Position numbers and translations under genes: made by a program
Shown here: piece after piece, positions 20,660 to 31,245 of the stretch
Layout: each line of letters opens with the position of its first letter
Position numbering within the stretch: position 1 is the first letter of the stretch
Notes under the pieces: model-generated
What the model was told of the DNA's origin: nothing
What the model saw: the letters and a program-made list of their open reading frames with translations, nothing else
Databases searched by the model: none
Source of the DNA: Macrostomum lignano
Lineage: Eukaryota
Length of the DNA stretch: 64,000 bases
Assembly: GCA_002269645.1 (NCBI GenBank)
Contig: NIVC01000299.1
Coordinates: forward strand, 268,598-332,597
Direction of reading: 5' to 3'

Positions 20660-22602
20660 TTATAATAATCTCCTTTGCCTGCCGATTTGCGCTGGTCGGA
20701 GCTCAGATCGGATTGGCAGGTAGGACACTCGGCAGAATTTGCAGCACCAATTGTAAACAATGTCGTCGCTCCTTGTGAGACACCTCAGCTGGCTTAGCGA
20801 CCTCTGGCGCTTGCTGGCCAGCGGCTGGGTAGCTGGAAAATATTAGACTGATGAATTTAAATATGTCAATGACTACCAGAGGTTGATGGGCGAGGATTTT
20901 AGGTAAAAGAAGCCCCAAGCTCCCTTCCAGTTCAGATGGGCTGCAGGGTCCATGGTTCAGTTGGCTCCAAGCTCCCTTCCAATCCAGATAGGCTGCAGGG
21001 TCCATGGTTCAGTTGGCTCCAAGCTCCCTTCCAATCCAGATAGGCTGCAGGATCCATGGTTCAGTTGGCTCCAAGCTCCCTTCCAGTCCAGATAGGCTGC
21101 AGGGTCCATGGTTCAGTTGGCTCCAAGCTCCCTTCCAATCCAGATAGGCTGCAGGGTCCATGGTTCAGTTGGCTCCAAGCTCCCTTCCAATCCAGATAGG
21201 CTGCAGGGTCCATGGTTCAGTTGGCTCCAAGCTCCCTTCCAGTCCAGATAGGCTGCAGGGTCCATGGTTCAGTAAGCTCGAAGCTCCCTTCCAGTCCAGG
21301 TGGGCTTCAGGGTCCATGGTTCAGTTGGCTCCAAGCTCCCTTCCAGTCCAGGTGGGCTGCAGGTCCATGGTACAGTTGGCTCCAAGCTTCCTTCCAGTCC
21401 AGGTGGGCTTCAGGGTCCATGGTTCAGTAAGCTCCAAGCTCCCTTCCAGTCCAGGTGGGCTGCAGGGTCCATGGTTCAGTAAGCTCCAAGCTCCCTTCCA
21501 GTCCAGGTGGGCTGCAGGTCCATGGTTCAGTTGGCTCCAAGCTTCCTTCCAGTCCAGGTGGGCTGCAGGGTCCATGGTTCAGTAAGCTCCAAGCTCCCTT
21601 CCAGTCCAGGTGAACTGCAGGTCCATGGTTCAGTTGGCTCGAAGCTCCCTTCCAGTCCAGGTGGGCTGCAGGGTCCATGGTTCAGTAAGCTCCAAGCTCC
21701 CTTCCAGTCCAGGTGGGCTGCAGGGTCCATGGTTCAGTTGGCTCGAAGCTCCCTTCCAGTCCAGGTGGGCTGCAGGGTCCATGGTTCAGTAAGCTCCAAG
21801 CTCCCTTCCAGTCCAGGTGGGCTGCAGGTCCATGGTTCAGTTGGCTCCAAGCTTCCTTCCAGTCCAGGTGGGCTGCAGGGTCCTTGGTTCAGTAAGCTCC
21901 AAGCTCCCTTCCAGTCCAGGTGGGCTGCAGGGTCCATGGTTCAGTTGGCTCGAAGCTCCCTTCCAGTCCAGGTGGGCTGCAGGGTCCATGGTTCAGTAAG
22001 CTCCAAGCTCCCTTCCAGTCCAGGTGGGCTGCAGGGTCCATGGTTCAGTAAGCTCGAAGCTCCCTTCCAGTCCAGGTGGGCTGCAGGGTCCATGGTTCAG
22101 TAAGCTCCAAGCTCCCTTCCAGTCCAGGTGGGCTGCAGGGTCCATGGTTCAGTTGGCTCCAAGCTCCCTTCCAGTCCAGGTGGGCTGCAGGGTCCATGGT
22201 TCAGTTGGCTCCAAGCTCCCTTCCAGTCCAGGTGAACTGCAGGTCCATGGTTCAGTAAGCTCCAAGCTCCCTTCCAGTCCAGATAGGCTGCAGGGTCCAT
22301 GGTTCAGTAGCCTCCAAGCTCTCTACCAGTCCAGATAGTCTGCGGAGTCTATGATTTAGTAAACTCGAAGCTCCCTTCCAGTCCAGGAGGGCTGCAGGGT
22401 CCATGGTTCAGTAGCTCTTAACTGATCCCTTCCAGTCCAGGTCGGCTGCAGGGTCCATGGCTAACTCACTCAGCCGCCGCAACGCCGTCCCTCGCTTGTC
22501 TTCGTACAGGCCGGCGGTGCTGTCGTAGACGCCGCCCCAGTCGGCGCAGGCGGCGGTCACCTCCTCGATCAGGCGGAGGCCGCACTCGGTCAGCCAGCGG
22601 GC
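20660..22602 (-). CDS. Insulin-like peptide paralog 2 (B-chain and A-chain exons; atypical Cys pattern, possibly a pseudogene)
   Basis: Exon 22602-22470 (phase 0-1): ARWLTECGLRLIEEVTAACADWGGVYDSTAGLYEDKRGTALRRL, with C-x11-C. Exon 20832-20660: TTQPLASKRQRSLSQLRCLTRSDDIVYNWCCKFCRVSYLPIRSELRPAQIGRQRRLL*. GT-AG sites and intron phase match the paralog at 24100-24739. No intact signal-peptide exon found. Confidence 0.8.
20905..22460. repeat. 52-bp minisatellite, about 30 copies, filling the ILP2 B/A intron
   Basis: GGTCCATGGTTCAGTTGGCTCCAAGCTCCCTTCCAGTCCAGGTGGGCTGCAG periodicity, starting about 10 nt inside the donor at 22469. Confidence 0.95.
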
Positions 22603-22611
22603 CTGCGAGTA

Positions 22612-23030
22612 TGTGTGACTCAGCAGCCATAGCATGTGTGACTCAGCAGCCATAGCATGTGTGACTCAGCAGCCATAGCATGTGTGACTCAGCAGCCATA
22701 GCATGTGTGACTCAGCAGCCATAGCATGTGTGACTCAGCAGCCATAGCATGTGTGACTCAGCAGCCATAGCATGTGTGACTCAGCAGCCATAGCATGTGT
22801 GACTCAGCAGCCATAGCATGTGTGACTCAGCAGCCATAGCATGTGTGACTCAGCAGCCATAGCATGTGTGACTCAGCAGCCATAGCATGTGTGACTCAGC
22901 AGCCATAGCATGTGTGACTCAGCAGCCATAGCATGTGTGACTCAGCAGCCATAGCATGTGTGACTCAGCAGCCATAGCATGTGTGACTCAGCAGCCATAG
23001 CATGTGTGACTCAGCAGCCATAGCATGTGA
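22612..23030. repeat. 23-bp minisatellite (GCATGTGTGACTCAGCAGCCATA), about 18 copies
   Basis: Direct periodicity; spans almost the whole interval between the GTGAGT donor at 23035 and the CAG acceptor at 22603. Confidence 0.95.
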
Positions 23031-23270
23031 CTCACAGGATCGCTAGCCGATTGGCTGTCTCGACTGATTGGCTGGCCTCAGAACCCGCGCGAGTTTGCAA
23101 TTTTACGCAATAAGCTCACAATGCCGCATCTTCCGAACTTCTGAAGTTTCTCAACTATAGTTTATGGCGAAACCCCATTTTTAGTATATGGATTTGCGAA
23201 ATCTGTTTTAAAATCTTAAGTCTGTATTTAGAGCGTTGTAATCTATCTGAAGTAATATACTAGATTTGTG

Positions 23271-23820
23271 CAGCCCATTTGGGCTTACGCGCACCTCCAT
23301 TAGCAACTGCTTTGGAGGAGTAAGATCAGTCACTATGACCCTATGCTAGGCTGATGAACGAATGCCATTGGCTTGTGATCGAAGCGCTCGACATAAATGA
23401 ACACCCAAATGACATTGTAAGGTTGTAAGATTGTTGAATATAAAAGAAAAGATGGTTAACAGCATCCATCGGCGCGTTGAAACCACTGCCGGCAGAGGTC
23501 GCCTACGAAAGGGTGGCAATCGCCAAGGCAAGTTGGTCGAGAGCCTCAGCCCCAGGTCGAACCCTTTGGTGACGGAGCAGAAAATGCAGCAAAGTTGAAG
23601 GAACAGTTCTGATTGGTTATCAGATTTTGACTATCAGAAGAGCTCTGGAAAAGGCACTGAAAATTGTTGGTAGAGACGCTGACAGTTTGCCGAATGACTG
23701 ACGAGGGTTTGGACCAAATTAAGTGCCGCTGTGCCAGCCTTGCTACCATAGACAAAAGCTCCACTGCACTGGCAAGCGTGTCTTGGATTGAATTAAATGC
23801 ATGTAAGCCCAAATGGCCTG
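23271..23820. mobile_element. MITE-like non-autonomous DNA element, about 550 bp, with 18-bp terminal inverted repeats
   Basis: CAGCCCATTTGGGCTTAC (23271-23288) versus GTAAGCCCAAATGGCCTG (23803-23820) is a 17/18 inverted match. A second diverged copy lies at 6808-8010. No TSD identified. Confidence 0.6.
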
Positions 23821-24099
23821 AAAAGGCCATATTTAATTTTACAGATTTTTCCCAACGAGCTTGTGAAACATCCTTCGACGAAACGCTACGCGCAGATGCA
23901 GTGGGAAACACAGAGCTAAAATGTCCGTACGCCAAAAGAGCCATGATTTTGAGAGTTATTTGGGAAACTTTTTGGTCGCAGAACTCTCTGCGTTCGATTT
24001 TAATGAATTTTTATTCATGTTAATATCGTATTGGTGGCAAGTTTGTCAAATTCATTCGAGCTTTGTCACTCCGGATCAGAGAGGCAGCTCAACTCGGAC

Positions 24100-24739
24100 T
24101 CAGACGGGCTCAGGCAGGGCGCAGAACTGCTGCAGGTAGGAGACGCGGCACCAGCGGCAGCAGCACTGGTTCACCACGTCATTGCTCTTGTTGAGCCGGC
24201 AGCCAAGGTCGAAGATGCTCGGCACGCTGCTCCTCTTGCTGGCGGCGACGCCTGCGGGCAGCGAGACGGGGCGAGTTTGCAACGGGTTTGCTGCTGGGGA
24301 TTCCCTATTGGGAAGAGAGAGGAGAAAATGCACTGGGCAAGTTTGAAACGGGTTTGCTGCTGGGGATTCCCTATTGGGAAGAGAGAGGAGAAAATGCACT
24401 GGGCAAGTTTGCAGCAAGACACGCACGGTCCAGCAGTGCCGCGGTGGCCAGTCTCTGCCGGCGCCGGCTCACGAGCTGCCCGTAGATGCCGCTGGTGCTG
24501 TCGTAGACCCCGCCGCGGTCAGCGCAGGCGTTCCGGAGCTCCTGCACCAGACGCTCGCCGCACTCGTTGATTGACTCATTCTGCGAATCAGGTTGCGAGG
24601 CCGGTTGGCGAGTGGCTGCACGGAGGCGAGTCCTGGCATGGGAGATTCAGGAGAGAGAGGGACTTACCGGATCCTTGTAGGCCGCGCAGGAGGCGGTGAG
24701 GCAGGCAAAAGCCAGGGCGGTCAGCGCGAAGGCGTTCAT
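24100..24739 (-). CDS. Insulin-like peptide precursor 1 (125 aa, 8 Cys in the mature region)
   Basis: Exons 24739-24668 (MNAFALTALAFACLTASCAAYKDP, signal peptide), 24580-24427 (NESINECGERLVQELRNACADRGGVYDSTSGIYGQLVSRRRQRLATAALLD) and 24251-24100 (RVAASKRSSVPSIFDLGCRLNKSNDVVNQCCCRWCRVSYLQQFCALPEPV*). All GT-AG, 378 nt in frame. B chain C-x11-C; A chain CC-x3-C-x8-C; basic processing sites RRRQR and KR; AATAAA at 24010-24015. Confidence 0.92.
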
Positions 24740-24825
24740 GTTGGTTTTGTCTCAGGCAACTGCGCGGTTGCTCTCACGGGGCCGGTGTCTCTGGATGCTG
24801 TCCGGGACAGCTCAAGCCATCCCGC

Positions 24826-24833
24826 TATTTATG
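24826..24833 (-). promoter_or_regulatory. TATA-like box (CATAAATA) of ILP1
   Basis: About 87 nt upstream of the ATG, in a GC-rich promoter-like context. Confidence 0.5.
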
Positions 24834-25469
24834 CTTTCGGGGCTGCGGCCTCATTGGCCCCCGCCCCAGCTTCCGGCGCCGCTTTGGCGCTCGACTTTCA
24901 AAAGAGTCCCCCACGAAAAAGAGGAGATTTTGCCGCGTTTTTGCCGACTCAGTGGCTGCCGGATTTGCTCAATCAATTATTTCGCTCTGCTAGTGCAGTA
25001 ATTGAATGTAAACAGCAAATTCTGTTTAAATACAGTGCATGTATGAAGCCTCGGGACTAAAAATAGTCAGTGAGTTTGGCCGCGGTGCCTCCATGTGGAT
25101 CAGCTCTATGCAGATGCAGACGCTAATCCTCACCCTATGTGTCAGTCTCCCGCTGACTCAATCTTAATCTCAAAAACCTCAAAAACAGGGGAGTGGCATG
25201 CCTTATAGGGGAGAAGAACTGGCTTTAAATCCCCTTAATGCATAGATTAGAGACTACGCAAATCCCAATGACATTCAAGCGGCACCCGGTAGGGTAACAC
25301 TCAGTTCTCTGTAGAGTACTCAGAGCTGCCATATCAGAGTCTCAGAGGCCCTCAGATCACGCCGCAAAGAACACCCCCCGCATAAAAAACAAAAGAAGGA
25401 AGCCATCAAGACGCGCCGGTGTCCATCAATAAACAGTGATGCTTACCAAGACACAATGGCGCCCACGAT

Positions 25470-26200
25470 GAGACAGAGGCGGCACTTTCTAGGAAACAGG
25501 GACAGGGGCGCCATCCCAGAGACAGTGGCGCCACCCCAGAAACAGGGGCGCCACCCCAGAGACAGAGGCGGCACCCAAGAGAAAGGGGCGCCACCCAAGA
25601 GACAGGGGCGCCACCCCAGAAACAGGGGCGCTACCCCAGAGACAGAGGCGGCACCCCAGAGACAGAGGCGGCACCCAAGAGAAAGGGGCGCCACCCAAGA
25701 GACAGGGGCGCCACCCCAGAAACAGGGGCGCTACCCCAGAGACAGAGGCGGCACCCCAGAGACATGGGCGGCACCCCAGAGACAGGGGCGGCACCCAAGA
25801 GACAGAGGCGCCACCCCAGAGACAGGGGCGCCACCCCAGAAACAGGGGCGCTACCCCAGAGACAGAGGCGGCACCCAAGAGACAGGGGCGCCACCCAAGA
25901 GACAGGAGCGCCACCCAAGAGACAGAGGCGCCACCCAAGAGACAGGGGCGCCACCCAAGAGACAGGGGCGGCACCCCAGAGACAGGGCGCCACAGAGACA
26001 GGGGCGCCACCAGAGACAGGGCGCCACCCAAGAACAGGCGCCACCCAAGAGACAGGGGCGCCACCCAAGAGACAGGGGCGCCACCCAAGAGACAGGGGCG
26101 GCACCCAAGAGACAGGGGCTCTACCCCAGAGACAGAGGCGCCAGCCAATTGACAGGAGCGCAATAAACAGGGAAGCGCCAGACAGAAGTGCCCTCGCCAA
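25470..26200. repeat. Degenerate 20-21-bp GC-rich minisatellite (CCACCCAAGAGACAGGGGCG)
   Basis: Direct periodicity. Confidence 0.9.
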
Positions 26201-26744
26201 AAAGACAGAGGCCTCCACCCAAGAGGCAGGGGCGCCACCAAGCCTCAACATCTGTAGAGTAAATGCCTAAGCGCGATAAATTTAATGAATGAAAAAGCAT
26301 TCATTGTTTTTAATTTTTGCTTTATTGAAAGTAAAATGCGGCGGGGGTTTTCCGCTGCCAACCAGCCGGCCGCCCCTGCAGAAGTTATCCTGCAGGACTT
26401 CAACTGTCACACCGGGCCAATTCTGTTTGCCAAACCGCCCACGCATTCATCTGCCCGACTGTGCCCGCCTAGCAACAGAAAGAGCTCGGGGATCTCAGGT
26501 ATCAAAGACTGCAGAAGTAGGCCTGCTTTTTTCGCGCCAATTTTCAAGCTGTGAATCTGCAAAACTTACTGGCGCTTTTTTGCGCCGCTTTCGCTTTGAG
26601 TCTCGCCTGACGGAACCCGACGCTTCCTGGCTATAAAGCGATTCTTTGTTGCAAAAAAGCGAAAATGAAAGTCGCTTCATGCCCGTGAAAAGTCCTTTTG
26701 CCTTTTGCTGTTTGCCTCAATGTGTTCTAGTTAATGTCCAAGTA

Positions 26745-29213
26745 TATCTCTGTGTCTGTCTCGGAGCATGTTTCAGTGTCTGTCTCAGTGTCTGTTTCAG
26801 TGTCTGTCTCAGTGTCTGTCTCAGTGTCTGTCTCAGTGCCTGTCTCAGTGTCTGTCTCAGTGCCTGTCTTAGTATCAGTCTCAGTGTCTGTCTCAGTATC
26901 AGTCTCAGTGTGTGTCTCAGTATCAGTCTCAGTGTGTGTCTCAGTATCAGTCTCAGTGTGTGTCTCAGTATCAGTCTCAGTGTCTGTCTCAGTGTCTGTC
27001 TCAGTGTCTGTCTCAGTGTCTGTCTCAGTGTCTGCCTCAGTGTCTGCCTCAGTGTCTGTCTCAGTGCCTGTCTCAGTGTCTGCCTCAGTGTCTGTCTCAG
27101 TGTCTGTCTCAGTGCCTGTCTCAGTGTCTGTCTCAGTGTCTGTCTCAGTGCCTGTCTCAGTGTCTGCCTCAGTGTCTGTCTCAGTGTCTGTCTCAGTGCC
27201 TGTCTCAGTGTCTGCCTCAGTGTCTGTCTCAGAATCAGTCTCAGTGTCTGCCTCAGTATCTGTCTCAGTGTCTGTCTCAGTATCAGTCTCAGTGTCTGTC
27301 TCAGTGTCTGTCTCAGTGTCTGTCTCAGTGTCTGTCTCAGTATCAGTCTCAGTGTGTGTCTCAGTGTCTGTCTCAGTGTCTGTCTCAGTGCCTGTCTCAG
27401 TGTCTGCCTCAGTGTCTGTCTCAGTGTCTGTCTCAGTGCCTGTCTCAGTGTCTGCCTCAGTGTCTGTCTCAGAATCAGTCTCAGTGTCTGCCTCAGTATC
27501 TGTCTCAGTGTCTGTCTCAGTGTCTGTCTCAGTGCCTGTCTTAGTATCAGTCTCAGTGTCTGTCTCAGTATCAGTCTCAGTGTGTGTCTCAGTATCAGTC
27601 TCAGTGTGTGTCTCAGTATCAGTCTCAGTGTGTGTCTCAGTATCAGTCTCAGTGTCTGTCTCAGTGTCTGTCTCAGTGTCTGTCTCAGTGTCTGTCTCAG
27701 TGTCTGCCTCAGTGTCTGCCTCAGTGTCTGTCTCAGTGCCTGTCTCAGTGTCTGCCTCAGTGTCTGTCTCAGTGTCTGTCTCAGTGCCTGTCTCAGTGTC
27801 TGTCTCAGTGTCTGTCTCAGTGCCTGTCTCAGTGTCTGCCTCAGTGTCTGTCTCAGTGTCTGTCTCAGTGCCTGTCTCAGTGTCTGCCTCAGTGTCTGTC
27901 TCAGAATCAGTCTCAGTGTCTGCCTCAGTATCTGTCTCAGTGTCTGTCTCAGTATCAGTCTCAGTGTCTGTCTCAGTGTCTGTCTCAGTGTCTGTCTCAG
28001 TGTCTGTCTCAGTATCAGTCTCAGTGTGTGTCTCAGTGTCTGTCTCAGTGTCTGTCTCAGTGCCTGTCTCAGTGTCTGCCTCAGTGTCTGTCTCAGTGTC
28101 TGTCTCAGTGCCTGTCTCAGTGTCTGCCTCAGTGTCTGTCTCAGAATCAGTCTCAGTGTCTGCCTCAGTATCTGTCTCAGTGTCTGTCTCAGTGTCTGTC
28201 TCAGTGCCTGTCTTAGTATCAGTCTCAGTGTCTGTCTCAGTATCAGTCTCAGTGTGTGTCTCAGTATCAGTCTCAGTGTGTGTCTCAGTATCAGTCTCAG
28301 TGTGTGTCTCAGTATCAGTCTCAGTGTCTGTCTCAGTGTCTGTCTCAGTGTCTGTCTCAGTGTCTGTCTCAGTGTCTGCCTCAGTGTCTGCCTCAGTGTC
28401 TGTCTCAGTGCCTGTCTCAGTGTCTGCCTCAGTGTCTGTCTCAGTGTCTGTCTCAGTGCCTGTCTCAGTGTCTGTCTCAGTGTCTGTCTCAGTGCCTGTC
28501 TCAGTGTCTGCCTCAGTGTCTGTCTCAGTGTCTGTCTCAGTGCCTGTCTCAGTGTCTGCCTCAGTGTCTGTCTCAGAATCAGTCTCAGTGTCTGCCTCAG
28601 TATCTGTCTCAGTGTCTGTCTCAGTATCAGTCTCAGTGTCTGTCTCAGTGTCTGTCTCAGTGTCTGTCTCAGTGTCTGTCTCAGTATCAGTCTCAGTGTG
28701 TGTCTCAGTGTCTGTCTCAGTGTCTGTCTCAGTGCCTGTCTCAGTGTCTGCCTCAGTGTCTGTCTCAGTGTCTGTCTCAGTGCCTGTCTCAGTGTCTGCC
28801 TCAGTGTCTGTCTCAGAATCAGTCTCAGTGTCTGCCTCAGTATCTGTCTCAGTGTCTGTCTCAGTATCAGTCTCAGTGTCTGTCTCAGTGTCTGTCTCAG
28901 TGTCTGTCTCAGTGTCTGTCTCAGTGTCTGTCTCAGTGTCTGTCTCAGTATCAGTCTCAGTGTGTGTCTCAGTGTCTGTCTCAGTGTGTCTCAGTGCCTG
29001 TCTTAGTATCTGTCTCAGTATCAGTCTCAGTGTCTGCCTCAGTGTCTGCCTCAGTGTCTGTCTCCGTGCCTGTCTCAGTGTCTGTCTCAGTGTCTGTCTC
29101 AGTGTGTCTCAGTGTCTGTCTCAGTGTCTGTCTCAGTGTCTGTCTCAGTGTCTGTCTCAGTGTCTGTCTCAGTGCCTGTCTCAGTGTCTGTCTCAGTGTC
29201 TGTCTCAGTGTCT
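26745..29213. repeat. 12-bp satellite (TCAGTGTCTGTC) with a 672-bp higher-order repeat
   Basis: Variant patterns recur at 672-bp offsets (identical ORF starts at 26912, 27584 and 28256). Confidence 0.95.
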
Positions 29214-29291
29214 TAGCGCCTGTCTGTCTTACCTGTCTTGGATTTGCTAGGGTCTTTCTTTGTGACTTTATGACTTGTCTCATCTCTCCAG

Positions 29292-29678
29292 GATGACGGA
29301 GTGGCGCAAGAATCATAAACTTATTTTGGAGCACCAGAGTAAGGAGAAGGCGGCATCTCACATGTCTCCAAAGTCACTCAAGCTGAAAATCCGTCAGCAG
29401 GTGAGCAACGCTGCTTTTGCCAGCAATTCTCGGTCCTGAGCAGTCACGCAAGGCTGTTGATCAGCGCTCAGATTGCGCTGCTGCGTCAGTGAAGCTGCAG
29501 CTGCTTCGACTCAATTTCTTTGATGCTTTTAAGAAACTTGAAGATTTTGCTCACGCGATTTCCTGTGCCATCGAATTCCAGGTTTGACCTGATAGCTGAA
29601 GCCTCGGGGATGTCAGCAACTCCGGTTCGAGCTGACAACAGCAGAGCTGTCTCACAGGATTCTAGGAAAGAGCATTTG
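29292..29678 (+). CDS. Candidate exons of an unidentified plus-strand gene
   Basis: 29292-29400 (CCAG acceptor, MTEWRKNHKLILEHQSKEKAASHMSPKSLKLKIRQQ, GTGAGC donor) and 29582-29678 (FDLIAEASGMSATPVRADNSRAVSQDSRKEHL). A possible bridging micro-exon is 29444-29484, and a further phase-0 exon may lie at about 31318-31440. No family recognised. Confidence 0.35.
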
Positions 29679-30755
29679 GGTCAGAGAGGATTGTGGGTCA
29701 GACGATTGTGGGTCAGAGAAGATTGTGGATCAGAAAGTATTGTGGGTCAGAAAGTATTGTGGGTCAGAGAGGATTGTGGGTCAGACGATTGTGGGTCAGA
29801 GAAGATTGTGGATCAGAAAGTATTGTGGGTCAGAAAGTATTGTGGGTCAGAGAGGATTGTGGGTCAGACGATTGTGGGTCAGAGAAGATTGTGGATCAGA
29901 AAGTATTGTGGGTCAGAAAGTATTGTGGGTCAGAGAGTATTGTGGGTCAGAGAGGATTGTGGGTCAGAGAGGATTGTGGGTCAGAGAAGATTGTGGATCA
30001 GAAAGTATTGTGGGTCAGAAAGTATTGTGGGTCAGAGACTATTGTGGGTCAGAGAGGATTGTGGGTCAGAGAGGATTGTGGGTCAGAGAAGATTGTGGAT
30101 CAGAAAGTATTGTGGGTCAGAAAGAATTGTGGGTCAGAGAGTATTGTGGGTCAGAGAGGATTGTAGGTCAGTGAGGTTTGTGGGTCAGAGAGGATTGTGG
30201 GTCAGAGAGGATTGTGGGTCAGAGAGGATTGTGGGTCAGAGAGGATTGTGGGTCAGAGAGGATTGTGGGTCAGAGAGGATTGTGGGTCAGAGAGGATTGT
30301 GGGTCAGAGAGGATTGTGGGTCAGAGAGGATTGTGGGTCAGAGAGGATTGTGGGTCAGAGAGGATTGTGGGTCAGAGAGGATTGTGGGTCAGAGAGGATT
30401 GTGGGTCAGAGAGGATTGTGGGTCAGAGAGGATTGTGGGTCAGAGAGGATTGTGGGTCAGAGAGGATTGTGGGTCAGAGAGGATTGTGGGTCAGAGAGGA
30501 TTGTGGGTCAGAGAGGATTGTGGGTCAGAGAGGATTGTGGGTCAGAGAGGATTGTGGGTCAGAGATGATTGTGGGTCAGAGAGGATTGTGGGTCAGAGAG
30601 GATTGTGGGTCAGAGAGGATTGTGGGTCAGAGAGGATTGTGGGTCAGAGAGGATTGTGGGTCAGAGAGGATTGTGGGTCAGAGAGGATTGTGGGTCAGAG
30701 AGGATTGTGGGTCAGAGAGGATTGTGGGTCAGAGAGGATTGTGGGTCAGAGAGGA
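29676..30755. repeat. 17-bp minisatellite (GAGAGGATTGTGGGTCA)
   Basis: Direct periodicity; heterogeneous 5' half, homogeneous 3' half. Confidence 0.95.
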
Positions 30756-31084
30756 TTTTTCGGGCAAATGACAGTGTGTCAGAAATTAATAAGATAAATC
30801 AATGCCTGAAGGAATGTTTTCAGGAAAAAATTAAAAACTAAAATTGATTTGAATTAATATTAAATAAGCACAATGTAACTGAACTGAATTATCGCAGGAA
30901 TACATTGAAAAAAGTTTATCAAAGCATCGACTGACGAATTGATTTTGCAAAATGTTCTGCTTAGGCAGTTGGTTTTGATTGGTAAAAGTTGGAAAATTAG
31001 ATTTGGTTTGATAAGGAAGGGATTGATTAGGAACTCTAGCGATTAGGTGAACCGAAAAATACATTTTATCTAAAATCTAAAAGT

Positions 31085-31245
31085 TAGAAGATCCAGGAGA
31101 TCAAAATGATCCAGGAGATCTAGGAGATCTAGAAAATCTAGGAGATCAAAATGAACCAGGAGATCTAGGAGATCTAGGAGGTCTAGGAGATCTAGGAGAT
31201 CTAGGAGATCTAGGAGATCTAGGAGATCTAGGAGATCTAGGAGAT
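31085..31245. repeat. 9-bp repeat (GATCTAGGA)n
   Basis: Direct periodicity. Confidence 0.85.

Noticed and set aside
23346-23531. MLLTIFSFIFNNLTTLQCHL as a signal peptide for ILP2
   Set aside because: It lies inside the MITE-like repeat, and the only nearby donor is weak and in phase 1 whereas phase 0 is needed.
25456-26270. Pro/Gln/Arg-rich repeat ORFs resembling salivary proline-rich or mucin proteins
   Set aside because: A degenerate 20-21-bp minisatellite with frame-breaking unit lengths, open on both strands.
26646-29296. Very long ORFs (786, 838 and 346 aa) of SVSV/CLSV/QCLS repeats
   Set aside because: Translations of a 12-bp satellite that is open in several frames at once; no signal of coding constraint.
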